64,000 nucleotides of DNA, taken from contig NZ_JBDWHW010000021.1 of the NCBI RefSeq assembly GCF_039975035.1, forward strand, positions 392 through 64,391. The letters are read 5' to 3'. Positions 1 through 11,997 of this stretch are shown here, piece after piece. The DNA is from Hoeflea sp. (GTDB lineage: Bacteria > Pseudomonadota > Alphaproteobacteria > Rhizobiales > Rhizobiaceae). A program made the translations under genes and the position numbers. The notes beneath the pieces are model-generated. The model was not told where the DNA came from and did no database searches. It saw only the letters and a program-made list of their open reading frames with translations. The first letter of the stretch is position 1, and each line of letters opens with the position of its first letter.

Positions 1-594
1 CTTGTCGAGAATGGTCTGGTACTTGTCGAGGTCGGCATAGGCTGCAAACGGATCCTCGCCCATGTCGAATGCCATCCCGAGAAGGATCGTGCGCTTCAGG
101 CGCATCGAGGTCTTTCCCTTGTATTGCGGGTCGCACAGATCGCCCCATGCCTTGACGTCAGGCGCCATTGACGTGTTTGCCATCAGGCCCGAGGTGCCCC
201 ATTGATGCGGCACGGCATAAACTTCGCCATCGATTGTCGTGTTGGCCTTGACCCCATCCAGCAGCTTGGCCTGCATGGCGGAGGTGTTGATCTTGGAAAG
301 ATCCAGCGGCTTGTAGATGTTGTATTCCTGTTGCACCGCATAAATGCGGTCATGGCTCGGTTGCGCCAGGTCGAAACCGGCACCGCCGGTTGCCCGCAGC
401 TTGGCGATCATTTCCTCGTTGTTGGAAAAAGTCACCTCGACAGTGATGTCGGGATTTTCCGCTTCAAATTTCTTGACCAGCTCGTCAGGAGCGTAAGAGC
501 CCCACGTCAAAAGGCGCAAGGTTTCTGCCTGCGCCGGAACGGCTGCCATGACGGTTGTGGCCAGAAGCCCGGCCATTGCTATTCTTATGATCAT
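1..594 (-). CDS. ABC transporter periplasmic substrate-binding protein, polyamine (PotD/PotF)-type; first 198 codons only, C-terminus lies off the left edge
   Basis: Own minus-strand translation from ATG at 594-592: MIIRIAMAGLLATTVMAAVPAQAETLRLLTWGSYAPDELVKKFEAENPDITVEV...GEVYAVPHQWGTSGLM... Signal peptide followed by a family-1 SBP pattern. The frame is open to nt 1, so with no stop in the window it is absent from the ORF track. Confidence 0.75.
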   Translation of the reverse strand, partial: MIIRIAMAGLLATTVMAAVPAQAETLRLLTWGSYAPDELVKKFEAENPDITVEVTFSNNEEMIAKLRATGGAGFDLAQPSHDRIYAVQQEYNIYKPLDLSKINTSAMQAKLLDGVKANTTIDGEVYAVPHQWGTSGLMANTSMAPDVKAWGDLCDPQYKGKTSMRLKRTILLGMAFDMGEDPFAAYADLDKYQTILDK

Positions 595-832
595 TTTCTA
601 CTCCCTTTGAACCCTCTGAATATCAGCGCATTATTGCTTATAACCCGCGCAGATGACAAGAAGCGTAGTCCCTCATTGGACTGCACCTCATATCCATTAT
701 AGATATTTTTCCATACCAATTTGTGACATTCAGCCACTTCTGTACAGAGCATTGCACCGGAGTCAATTGAGCGCAATACGGGCGAGCGATTGAGTGCCGG
801 TGCAAGGCCAGTTTTGGCATGAACACAGCATG

Positions 833-2305
833 TCAGGCAAACAGCTGCGCCATGACATCCATGCCCTGCCTGATCTCGCTTTCACTCGCCGCCCCGTAGC
901 CAATCACCACCCCCTTGCGATCTATCGGGGCAAGGCAGTAGCGGCCGATCCCCGACAGGGTAAGCCCTGCGGCGTTCGCCGCCTCTATGAAATCATCTTC
1001 GCTCCGGTCCGGATCCGAAAAATAGCCCACCGTGTGAAACCCCGCCGATGCGCGCTGCACAAGCATATGCGGTTCAAGCCGTCTGGCGTTCTGGTGAAGA
1101 ACTTCGTGCTTCTTCTTGTAGTGTTGCCGCATGGTCCGGATATGGGTGGAAAAATGCCCCTCATCGATAAAATCCGCAACGACTGCCTGCGGCCAGGTCG
1201 GCACGCCGCTCAACGCGGCCGAAAAAACCGTCATCATGGCTCCGACCATGCTGGCGGGTGCAATCAGAAAACCCAGCCGCAGCGAGGGAAATAGCGTCTT
1301 GGAAAAGGTGCCCACATAGATCACACGGCCATGGGTATCGATGCTCTTGAGCGTCGGAAGCGGTTGATCGCCGAAATAGAAATCACCGTCATAATCATCT
1401 TCCACGATAAAAGCGTCGGCCCGGTCCGCAGCATCCAGCAGCGCCAGACGGCGTGACAGGCTCAAGACCTTGCTCAAGGGCTGCTGATGCGATGGCGTGA
1501 CAAACGCCAGCCTGAAATCCGGCGCTTTTGCGAGCCCGTCATCAACGACAATGCCTTCCTCATCCACCGCAACCGGAACAAGCTCCCCGCCTTGTGAAAC
1601 AAACGCGTTGCGGGCTCCAATGGCGCCGGGATTTTCGAACCAGACCTTATCGCCCTGGTTGAGCAGCATGCCACCGATCAGGGAAAATGCCTGCTGGGCT
1701 CCTCCCACAATGAACACTTGCTCGGGATCGCACTGGATACCGCGACTTGCATTGAGATGCGCCGCGATTGCCGCACGCAGCCGAGGCAGTCCAAAAGGGT
1801 TGCCATATCCCATAACTGCATCCCGGTCCGTCCGCAGGTGTCTGGCCGAAAGCCGCGCCCATTGCGCCATCGGAAACGAGTTCAACGCCGGGAGCGCGGT
1901 GACGAAAGCCTGGGATTTGTTCGGCAGTCGTCGTCGCTCGGCAAACAGGCCGCAGGCCTTGAGCGTTGATTGAGACAGGCGCGGCTGTATCTCGGCACCG
2001 TTTTTGGCCGTCTCCGGCCTGACCCGCACCCTGCCCGTCATTGTGTGGCTGACAAATGTCCCCGCACCGATCCGCGATTCCAGCAGTCCCTCCGAGATCA
2101 GACGGCTGACCGCATCGAGCGCGGTTGTGCGCGAGACGCCGACTTCACTCGCAAGGGTGCGTGTCGCAGGAAGACGCTCCCCTCCGCTCAGTCCGCCAGA
2201 AAGGATGATGTCACGCAGTCCCATATAAAGCTGCACACTTATTTTCCGATCCTGCAATCTGTCGATCCGGATCGAGGAAAGGATCGCGCCCGCCTTGGTT
2301 TTCAT
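833..2305 (-). CDS. MocR/PdxR-type regulator (GntR wHTH fused to class-I aminotransferase-like PLP domain)
   Basis: ORF 833..2329. N-terminal wHTH LPATRTLASEVGVSRTTALDAVSRLISEGLLESRIGAGTFV, then a ~400-aa aminotransferase-like domain. ATG at 2305 (MKTKAG) preceded by GGAG is preferred over TTG at 2329. Confidence 0.85.
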   Translation of the reverse strand: MKTKAGAILSSIRIDRLQDRKISVQLYMGLRDIILSGGLSGGERLPATRTLASEVGVSRTTALDAVSRLISEGLLESRIGAGTFVSHTMTGRVRVRPETAKNGAEIQPRLSQSTLKACGLFAERRRLPNKSQAFVTALPALNSFPMAQWARLSARHLRTDRDAVMGYGNPFGLPRLRAAIAAHLNASRGIQCDPEQVFIVGGAQQAFSLIGGMLLNQGDKVWFENPGAIGARNAFVSQGGELVPVAVDEEGIVVDDGLAKAPDFRLAFVTPSHQQPLSKVLSLSRRLALLDAADRADAFIVEDDYDGDFYFGDQPLPTLKSIDTHGRVIYVGTFSKTLFPSLRLGFLIAPASMVGAMMTVFSAALSGVPTWPQAVVADFIDEGHFSTHIRTMRQHYKKKHEVLHQNARRLEPHMLVQRASAGFHTVGYFSDPDRSEDDFIEAANAAGLTLSGIGRYCLAPIDRKGVVIGYGAASESEIRQGMDVMAQLFA

Positions 2306-2421
2306 AATTCTCCATCCGTCGCCGGTCAAAATTGGTTTGCAAGCTTTGCCAGATTGGACCTTATCGTAAGTCCAATCGAGCCGCTACGGTCTCACCAAAT
2401 GTCAGCACGGAATCGAACATC

Positions 2422-3537
2422 ATGAAAATTTCTCACATCGAAACCTTCACCAACGAGTTTGTCTGCTTCGTCAAGGTAACCACGGATACAGGCGATATCG
2501 GATGGGGCCAGGTGGCGCCCTATTACGCCGATATCACCGCCCAGATCGTGCACCGGCAGGTCGCCCCCTACGCGCTTGGTCAGACCGCGCTCGACATTGA
2601 TTACCTGGTGGATCTGATCCCCGAGAAAGAACACAAATTCCCCGGCTCCTACCTGAAGCGGGCCATTGGAGGCTTGGAAACGGCGCTCTGGGATTTGCGC
2701 GGACGCCTGGAAGGCAAGCCCGTGTGCGAACTGATCGGCGGAACGCCGGGCACCATTCGCGCCTATGGTTCCTCGATGAAGCGCGACATCACGCCCAAGG
2801 ACGAAGCGGCGCGATTGAGCCGCCTGCGCGACCAGTTCGGATTTGATGCCTTCAAGTTCCGCATCGGAGCCGAATGCGGCCGCGGCAAGGATGAATGGCC
2901 GGGCCGGACCGAGGAAATCGTGCCGACTGTGCGCAAGGCCATGGACGACACCGTCGCGCTGCTGGTCGACGCCAATTCGTGCTATGCCCCGGCCCAGGCA
3001 ATCGAGATCGGCAAGATGCTCGAGCAAAACGGGATCAGCCATTTCGAGGAACCTTGTCCCTACTGGGAATACGAGCAGACCAGGCAGGTCACCGAAGCGC
3101 TGTCGGCACTGCCTATCGATGTCACCGGCGGCGAGCAGGATTGCGAACTGCCGAACTGGCGCTGGATGATCGACATGAAAGCCGTCGACATCGTACAGCC
3201 CGACATCTGTTATCTGGGCGGTCTCACCCGCACATTGCGCGTGGCGGAGATGGCGCACAAGGCAGGGCTGCCATGCACACCCCATTGCGCCAACTGGTCG
3301 ATGGTGACGCTGTTCACCATGCATCTTCTGCGCGCTATCCCGAATGCGGGAAAATATCTCGAATTCTCCATCGAGGGCGACGACTATTATCCGTGGCAGG
3401 ACGGTCTGTTTGTCAAATCTCCCTATGACATTGTTGACGGCAAGGCGACAGTTACCAACGCACCCGGCTGGGGCGTGGAAATCAATCCGGTCTGGCTTGA
3501 AAAATCCAGCCATCAGATCAGTTCTGTCGGGGCCTGA
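2422..3537 (+). CDS. enolase-superfamily enzyme (mandelate racemase/muconate lactonizing family, acid-sugar dehydratase-like)
   Basis: ORF 2332..3537 with an internal ATG at 2422 (MKISHIETF). Motifs FKFRIG, LLVDANS, HFEEPC, VTGGEQD, IVQPD, CTPHC. Confidence 0.85.
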   Translation: MKISHIETFTNEFVCFVKVTTDTGDIGWGQVAPYYADITAQIVHRQVAPYALGQTALDIDYLVDLIPEKEHKFPGSYLKRAIGGLETALWDLRGRLEGKPVCELIGGTPGTIRAYGSSMKRDITPKDEAARLSRLRDQFGFDAFKFRIGAECGRGKDEWPGRTEEIVPTVRKAMDDTVALLVDANSCYAPAQAIEIGKMLEQNGISHFEEPCPYWEYEQTRQVTEALSALPIDVTGGEQDCELPNWRWMIDMKAVDIVQPDICYLGGLTRTLRVAEMAHKAGLPCTPHCANWSMVTLFTMHLLRAIPNAGKYLEFSIEGDDYYPWQDGLFVKSPYDIVDGKATVTNAPGWGVEINPVWLEKSSHQISSVGA

Positions 3538-3626
3538 CCCACAGTCGGCAACCGGCAGCCTTTCGGATTTCAACAAGAATGCGGCGGCCAATTGTCCAGC
3601 CGTGTTTCTGCGGCTAGAAAGACCGG

Positions 3627-4619
3627 ATGAAACATCGTCAATTGGGAAAATCCGGGCCTAGCGTTTCCGCGATCGGGCTCGGATGCTGGAATTTCGCCGG
3701 GCCCTACGGGCCTACCTCTGAGAAAGAGAGCCACGAGACCTTGGCTGCGGCAAAGGATCTGGGGATCAACCTGCTCGACACCGCCAATGTCTATGGCATG
3801 GGGGTGTCCGAGAACGTTATCGGGACATACCTGAAGCAACACCCGGGCTACTTCAAGATCGCAACAAAAGCCGGGATCCGCCGCGATCCGTCGACCGGCG
3901 TCCGGCACTTCGACAACTCACCCGATCATCTCAGAAGCGAACTTGAAAACTCGCTTCGCAGACTCGGCGTCGATCATGTCGATCTGTTCTATGTTCACCG
4001 GCGTGAAGCTGAACGGCCAATCGAAGAGGTTGTCGAAACCCTGCAGCGGTTCAGGCAGGACGGCAAAATCGGCGGCTTCGGCTTTTCCGAGATCTCGCCT
4101 GCTTCACTGCGGCTTGCGCATGCAGTTTCCCCGGTAACAGCGGTGCAAAGCGAGTATTCACTGTGGACCCGACAGCCGGATCTGGGAATGGTGCAGACCT
4201 GCGGGGATCTCGACGTCGCTTTCGTCGCCTTCTCCCCACTTGGACGCGGTATTTTCGCCGAACAAGCACCGGATCCATCAACGTTTGGAGATGGCGATTT
4301 CCGCAAGGCGAACCCGCGCTTTGTCGAACCCAACCTGTCCCGCAACATCGCGGCAATCACCCCGTTCAAGAAATACGCCCGCGATATCGGCGCCACGCCA
4401 ATCGCTCTGGCCATTGCCTGGCTTCTGGCGCGTGGACCGCACGTCATCCCTATTCCAGGAACCCGGTCAGCCACCCATCTGACGGACTGCGCCAATGGCG
4501 TCTCCCTGGACCTGACCTCGGACCATCTCGCCGAAATCGAGCGCATCCTTCCTGCCGGCTTCGCCCATGGCGCGCGCTATTCAAGAGATCAGGCAATCGG
4601 CACTGAAACCTATTGCTGA
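3627..4619 (+). CDS. aldo/keto reductase
   Basis: 330 aa. MKHRQLGKSGPSVSAIGLGCWNF, LLDTANVYG, typical AKR length and pattern. Confidence 0.9.
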   Translation: MKHRQLGKSGPSVSAIGLGCWNFAGPYGPTSEKESHETLAAAKDLGINLLDTANVYGMGVSENVIGTYLKQHPGYFKIATKAGIRRDPSTGVRHFDNSPDHLRSELENSLRRLGVDHVDLFYVHRREAERPIEEVVETLQRFRQDGKIGGFGFSEISPASLRLAHAVSPVTAVQSEYSLWTRQPDLGMVQTCGDLDVAFVAFSPLGRGIFAEQAPDPSTFGDGDFRKANPRFVEPNLSRNIAAITPFKKYARDIGATPIALAIAWLLARGPHVIPIPGTRSATHLTDCANGVSLDLTSDHLAEIERILPAGFAHGARYSRDQAIGTETYC

Positions 4620-4710
4620 TCACCTCAACCGGTCGGCCTGAAACGAGCCGGGATGGAAAATCCGGATTATCCGGCTTGCCTTCAATCCCAATAGTGCTAA
4701 AAATTTAGCC

Positions 4711-6495
4711 ATGGAGAATTTTTGTGCAGATTCAACCGCAACTGTAACCGTAACTCCGAAGCAGATTCCAAAGCGTTTGCGCGAGGGGCTGCAGATGCTG
4801 TTGCAGTCAGTCTATCCGGACCATGATCCCCAGGCACTGCTGGCGGGAACTGTTGAAGCGTTTTGGCCCGGCGATGAGAGCCCCAAGCGACGCGGCAGGG
4901 CTCCGGCAAATACGCTTTGGAGCGAAAAGGACAGCTATGTCATCACCTATGGGAATACGTTTGTTAATGGCGAGCACAAGCCTCTGGATCTGCTGTCGGA
5001 TTTCCTTGACACCCGATTGAGAAACATCACGACCGGCGTGCATATCCTGCCGTTTTTTCCCTACACGTCAGACGACGGGTTTGCCATTACAGACTATTAC
5101 GCGGTCGACAGCGGGCTTGGTGCCTGGGAAGACATCGGGCGCATCGGGGAGAATTTCCGGCTGATGTCGGATCTGGTGATCAATCACTGTTCAAGCCAGA
5201 GCACCTTCTTCACCGAATACCTCCGGGGGCACGCCCCTTACGACAGGTTCTTCTTTGAAGCCTCACCGGAAGACGACCTCTCGATGGTGGTCAGACCCCG
5301 CGCGCATCCGCTGCTCAGACAGGTTGAGACGGCCAGCGGAATCAAGCATGTCTGGTGCACCTTCAGCCACGACCAGGTGGATTTCGATTTCTCCAATCCC
5401 GAAGTGCTGTTCGAATTCCTGCGCATCCTGCGCTTTCACATGTCCAAGGGCGTTAGAACCTTGCGGCTGGATGCGATAGCGTTCCTCTGGAAGGAACTCG
5501 GCTCGCCATCGATCCATTTGCGCCAGACCCATGAGATCGTCCGCTTGATCAGGTTGCTGGCCGACTATGCAAGAGAGCCTCTGGTTCTGCTGACCGAGAC
5601 CAATGTGCCCAACACGGAGAACCTGAGCTATTTCGGCAATCGCAATGAAGCTCACATGATTTACAATTTTTCATTGCCGCCACTGCTGCTCCATGCCCTG
5701 CTGCACGGCACCTCGAAGCATCTCAACGCCTGGCAGATGACCATGCCGCCGGCGCAACTCGGGTGTAGCTATTTCAATTTCACAGCGTCGCATGACGGGA
5801 TCGGCATGAGACCCGCGGAAGGCTTGTTGAGCGAAGAAGACATCGCCCGGGTAATTGAGACCACACAGAAGTTTGGCGGCTTGCTCTCCATGCGCCAGAT
5901 GCCGGATGGCGGCACCCGGCCCTATGAAATCAACATCGCCCTGTTTGATGCGTTGAAGGGAACGATAGACGGCGAGGACGAATGGAATATCGAGCGCTTT
6001 CTGTGCAGCCAGATCATTGCCATGGGGCTCGAAGGCATTCCCGGATTTTATATCCATTCGCTGCTGGCCACCGGCAATGATCACGATGGTGTTGAAAAAT
6101 CCGGGCACAACCGGGCGATCAACCGGCACCGCTGGCATTACCCCGATTTGATCGAACATCTGGACAACCCGGCCAGCACCCATTCCCAAGTCTTCACGGC
6201 ACTGACGGGAATTTTGAAGAAGCGGACCAGGCAGGCTGCGTTTCACCCGAACGCCACCCAGTTTACACTTCAGTTGGGCGAGCGGTTTTTCGGTTTCTGG
6301 CGGCAGAGCATGGACCGGGCGCAGAGCATATTCGCGATCCACAACCTCAGCAATGAACCTGCATCAATTCCGGTCATGTCCCTCAATCTGATTGGCGGAG
6401 AAAGCTGGCGGGACTTGCTGTCGGATGAGGACATACCCGGACCTGGCGGCGAAATCGAATTCACACCTTATCAATGCCGCTGGATCACCAACTGA
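4711..6495 (+). CDS. GH13 sucrose-phosphorylase-family glycoside phosphorylase (glucosylglycerate phosphorylase-like)
   Basis: 594 aa. FAITDYYAVDSGLG, LVINHCSSQ, RLDAIAFLWKELG, LLTETNVPNTEN, FTASHDGIGMRP. Context next to MpgP/GpgS-type genes. Confidence 0.8.
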   Translation: MENFCADSTATVTVTPKQIPKRLREGLQMLLQSVYPDHDPQALLAGTVEAFWPGDESPKRRGRAPANTLWSEKDSYVITYGNTFVNGEHKPLDLLSDFLDTRLRNITTGVHILPFFPYTSDDGFAITDYYAVDSGLGAWEDIGRIGENFRLMSDLVINHCSSQSTFFTEYLRGHAPYDRFFFEASPEDDLSMVVRPRAHPLLRQVETASGIKHVWCTFSHDQVDFDFSNPEVLFEFLRILRFHMSKGVRTLRLDAIAFLWKELGSPSIHLRQTHEIVRLIRLLADYAREPLVLLTETNVPNTENLSYFGNRNEAHMIYNFSLPPLLLHALLHGTSKHLNAWQMTMPPAQLGCSYFNFTASHDGIGMRPAEGLLSEEDIARVIETTQKFGGLLSMRQMPDGGTRPYEINIALFDALKGTIDGEDEWNIERFLCSQIIAMGLEGIPGFYIHSLLATGNDHDGVEKSGHNRAINRHRWHYPDLIEHLDNPASTHSQVFTALTGILKKRTRQAAFHPNATQFTLQLGERFFGFWRQSMDRAQSIFAIHNLSNEPASIPVMSLNLIGGESWRDLLSDEDIPGPGGEIEFTPYQCRWITN

Positions 6496-7301
6496 CAGAT
6501 GAAATCGTGACCGCTCGCCCCATCAACAACCTGATTGTTTTCACCGATCTCGACGGTACGCTTCTCGATCACGAAACCTACTCCCATACCGAGGCCCTGC
6601 CGGCGCTCAGTCTCCTGCGACAGCAGAAAATTCCGCTCGTTCTGGCGTCGAGCAAAACAGCGGCTGAAATCATTCCCTTGCGCAAATCGCTGGGCTTTTG
6701 CCACTGCGAAGCCATTGTCGAGAACGGATGCGGCATTCTTGAAGCCGGCAATGACGATCAGGGTTCCGGAGATGGCTATCACCAAATCCGCTTGATTCTG
6801 AACCGATTGCCGCAAAGCCTGAGACGCCAGTATCAAGGATTTTCGGACTGGAGTGCTCAGGAGGTTTCCGCGCAGACAGGATTGACACCAGTCGAGGCTG
6901 CAAGAGCCAAGCAGCGCCGGTTCTCCGAACCGGGACTGTGGCTCGGAGATGAAGCGGATCGCGAGGAGTTCGTGACAACCATCAGTTCACAAGGCCTGAG
7001 CGTCCTGCAAGGCGGACGCTTCATGACGCTGTCATTCGGTGGCAACAAGGCTGAACGCATGATGGAAATTGCAAAGCGATACGCATCCGGTGGGGAACAG
7101 CCTTTCACCGTGGCACTCGGTGATGCGGAAAATGACATTGCAATGATTGAGCATGCCAGGTTGGGCGTCATCATCCCCAATCCCGCCCATGATGGCATCC
7201 CGCCGTTACATGGCGAGACCACAGGCCAGATAATCCGGGCTCCATCCGCCGGACCCAAGGGATGGAACCAGGTAATCATGTCGCTACTCAAGCAGCAGTG
7301 A
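6474..7301 (+). CDS. HAD-IIB phosphatase of the mannosyl-/glucosyl-3-phosphoglycerate phosphatase (MpgP/YedP/GpgP) type
   Basis: 275 aa. LIVFTDLDGTLLDHETYSH, LVLASSKTAAEI, ALGDAENDIAMIE. The annotated ATG overlaps the upstream stop by 22 nt. Confidence 0.75.
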   Translation: MPLDHQLTDEIVTARPINNLIVFTDLDGTLLDHETYSHTEALPALSLLRQQKIPLVLASSKTAAEIIPLRKSLGFCHCEAIVENGCGILEAGNDDQGSGDGYHQIRLILNRLPQSLRRQYQGFSDWSAQEVSAQTGLTPVEAARAKQRRFSEPGLWLGDEADREEFVTTISSQGLSVLQGGRFMTLSFGGNKAERMMEIAKRYASGGEQPFTVALGDAENDIAMIEHARLGVIIPNPAHDGIPPLHGETTGQIIRAPSAGPKGWNQVIMSLLKQQ

Positions 7302-7320
7302 GAAATTCAGGAGAGAACAA

Positions 7321-8538
7321 TTGGCCGATTTTCATCAGAATGGCAGCGTGGCGACGCTTCACAATCTCTCGCGAATGCCCCTGGAGGTGATGGAGGGCCA
7401 GCTTCGGCAATTTTCCGCCTCACGCAAGATTACCCTGATCTTGCCGTCGCTGTTTTCCGAACTGGGGCGCGTTGCGCTGTCCAACATTATCGATGAATTG
7501 AGCGGTGCTACTTATATCAACAACGTCATCATCGGGCTTGATCAGGCAACCGAGGAACAGTACCGCTTTGCCCGTGAGTATTTTTCACGCCTGCCGCAAA
7601 AACACGACATTTTGTGGAATGACGGTCCGAGACTGCAGGCGATCCACACTAAACTTGCCGAGGCCGGGCTAGCGCCGGCCGAACCGGGCAAGGGCCGCAA
7701 TGTCTGGTACTGCATCGGCTATGCGCTTGCATCCCAGAACTCCGATGTCATCGCCCTGCATGACTGCGACATCACCACCTACTCCCGCGAAATGCTGGCG
7801 CGGCTGGTCTACCCGGTCGCCAATCCGGTATTTCCCTACCAGTTCTGCAAGGGCTATTATCCGCGCATAGCAGATGGGAAACTGAACGGGCGGGTCTCCA
7901 GACTGCTTGTTTCTCCCTTGCTTCTGTCGATCCAGAAGGTTTGCGGTCATCTCGATTATATCGAATATCTCAAGGGATTCCGCTATCCGCTGGCAGGCGA
8001 ATTCGCCATGCGGGTCAGCATGCTTCCCGACATGCGAATCCCGTCGGATTGGGGTTTGGAGATCGGAGTCCTGTCGGAGGTCTGGCGCAACCTGTCAAAC
8101 CGCTCGGTCTGCCAGGTGGATATATCCGATGCCTATGACCACAAGCATCAGGATCTTTCAAAGGCCGACGCCACCCAGGGGCTGTCGCGCATGTCTGTCG
8201 ACATCTCCAAGGCTTTGTTTCGAAAACTGGCGACAGACGGCGTGGTCTTCTCGCAGGAAACCTTCCGCACGATCAAGGCCACCTACTATCGCACCGCACT
8301 CGATCTGATCGAGATGTATCACAACGACGCGCTGATGAACGGGCTCCACACCGATCGCCATCAGGAAGAAGAGGCTGTGGAACTGTTCGCAGCCAACATC
8401 GTCATCGCCGGTCAGATTTTTCTGGAGAACCCGATGGAAACGCCATTCATCCCGAACTGGAGCCGAATTCAGTCAGCAGACCCGGATCTGATGCGCAATT
8501 TGCATGAAGCGGTCGCCGCCGACACTGCGGCGGCATAA
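7321..8538 (+). CDS. gpgS: glucosyl-3-phosphoglycerate synthase-like retaining glycosyltransferase
   Basis: 405 aa. TTG start 5 nt after GGAGAG. N-terminal DFHQNGSVATLHNL and DxD-like IALHDCDI. The call relies mainly on context (phosphatase plus GH13 phosphorylase). Confidence 0.6.
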   Translation: MADFHQNGSVATLHNLSRMPLEVMEGQLRQFSASRKITLILPSLFSELGRVALSNIIDELSGATYINNVIIGLDQATEEQYRFAREYFSRLPQKHDILWNDGPRLQAIHTKLAEAGLAPAEPGKGRNVWYCIGYALASQNSDVIALHDCDITTYSREMLARLVYPVANPVFPYQFCKGYYPRIADGKLNGRVSRLLVSPLLLSIQKVCGHLDYIEYLKGFRYPLAGEFAMRVSMLPDMRIPSDWGLEIGVLSEVWRNLSNRSVCQVDISDAYDHKHQDLSKADATQGLSRMSVDISKALFRKLATDGVVFSQETFRTIKATYYRTALDLIEMYHNDALMNGLHTDRHQEEEAVELFAANIVIAGQIFLENPMETPFIPNWSRIQSADPDLMRNLHEAVAADTAAA

Positions 8539-8612
8539 GCGCGCCATCCTGCTATTGCCTGTTAGTGATCCGGACGCGACTGGAAACCCAGCCGCGCCCG
8601 GACAAAGCGTAT

Positions 8613-11077
<2,465 letters not shown>

Positions 11078-11983
11078 ATGAGAAACATGACGCTCAGACA
11101 ATTGCGCTACTTCGAAGCCCTGGCACAGCACGGCCACTTCGGACGCGCCGCCGAGGCCTGCGCGATCTCCCAGCCAGCCCTGTCCGTGCAGATCATGGAA
11201 CTGGAGAAATCGCTCGGCACGGATCTGTTTGAACGTGGCCGGCGTCAGGTTCGCTTGACCAGCTTCGGCGAGGAGTTCGCAGTGCGCGTCCGCACAATCT
11301 TGCAATCGGTGGAGGAACTGGGGGAATTGGCGCGGGCGTCAACGGAGCATCTGGTCGGCCGTCTTCGCATTGGCATCATCCCGACGATTGCCCCTTACCT
11401 TCTTCCGGCGATCATCGGCAATCTGACCCGTATAAATGACAACATTGATATCCAGGTGCGCGAAACCCTGACGCCCAGGCTGGTCGAGGAACTTCTCGAG
11501 GGGCGCCTGGATGCGGCCATCGTCGCGCTTCCGGTCTCAGAACCATCGCTGACCGAAATTGCGCTATTTGAAGAGAACTTCGTGCTGGTCAGGCCGCAAG
11601 GAGATGCCGGCAAGCCGGTGCCCGATCATGAGGACCTGCGCGAGATGAAACTGCTGCTTCTCGAGGAAGGCCACTGCTTTCGTGATCAGGCATTGTCGTT
11701 CTGCAACATTCAGTCATCTCGACCACGGGAAATCCTTGATGCAAGTTCGCTGGCCACCCTGGTCCAGATGGTTGGCGCCGGACTGGGTGTCACCTTGATT
11801 CCGGAAATGGCGATTGCAGTCGAAACGCGCTCTGCCGCTGTCTCCATATCACGCTTCGCCGCACCACAGCCGGCGCGAACCATCGGCATGATCTGGCGCA
11901 AGACCAGTCCGCTGTCCAAACAGCTTATCGAGATATCCGGTATCGTGCGCCGCCCGGACGCGGATGGTGGCCGCAAGGATTAA
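11078..11983 (+). CDS. oxyR: LysR-family peroxide sensor OxyR
   Basis: HTH MTLRQLRYFEALAQHGHFGRAAEACAISQPALSVQIMELE. Redox-cysteine segment LLLLEEGHCFRDQALSFC matches the OxyR C199/C208 region. Divergent from katG. Start ambiguous (TTG 11072, ATG 11078, ATG 11087). Confidence 0.92.
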   Translation: MRNMTLRQLRYFEALAQHGHFGRAAEACAISQPALSVQIMELEKSLGTDLFERGRRQVRLTSFGEEFAVRVRTILQSVEELGELARASTEHLVGRLRIGIIPTIAPYLLPAIIGNLTRINDNIDIQVRETLTPRLVEELLEGRLDAAIVALPVSEPSLTEIALFEENFVLVRPQGDAGKPVPDHEDLREMKLLLLEEGHCFRDQALSFCNIQSSRPREILDASSLATLVQMVGAGLGVTLIPEMAIAVETRSAAVSISRFAAPQPARTIGMIWRKTSPLSKQLIEISGIVRRPDADGGRKD

Positions 11984-11997
11984 AACCCTTGCCCTCC

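Noticed and set aside
2392-3591. 399-aa ORF antisense to the enolase-superfamily gene
   Set aside because: It is a typical high-GC shadow ORF with an Arg/Ala/Gly-rich, motif-free translation. It fully overlaps a gene with clear family motifs on the other strand.
8569-8602. Imperfect hairpin between the gpgS-like and katG 3' ends as a bidirectional terminator
   Set aside because: It has a 9/10-bp stem with a 14-nt loop and no U/A tracts on either side, which is too weak to call.
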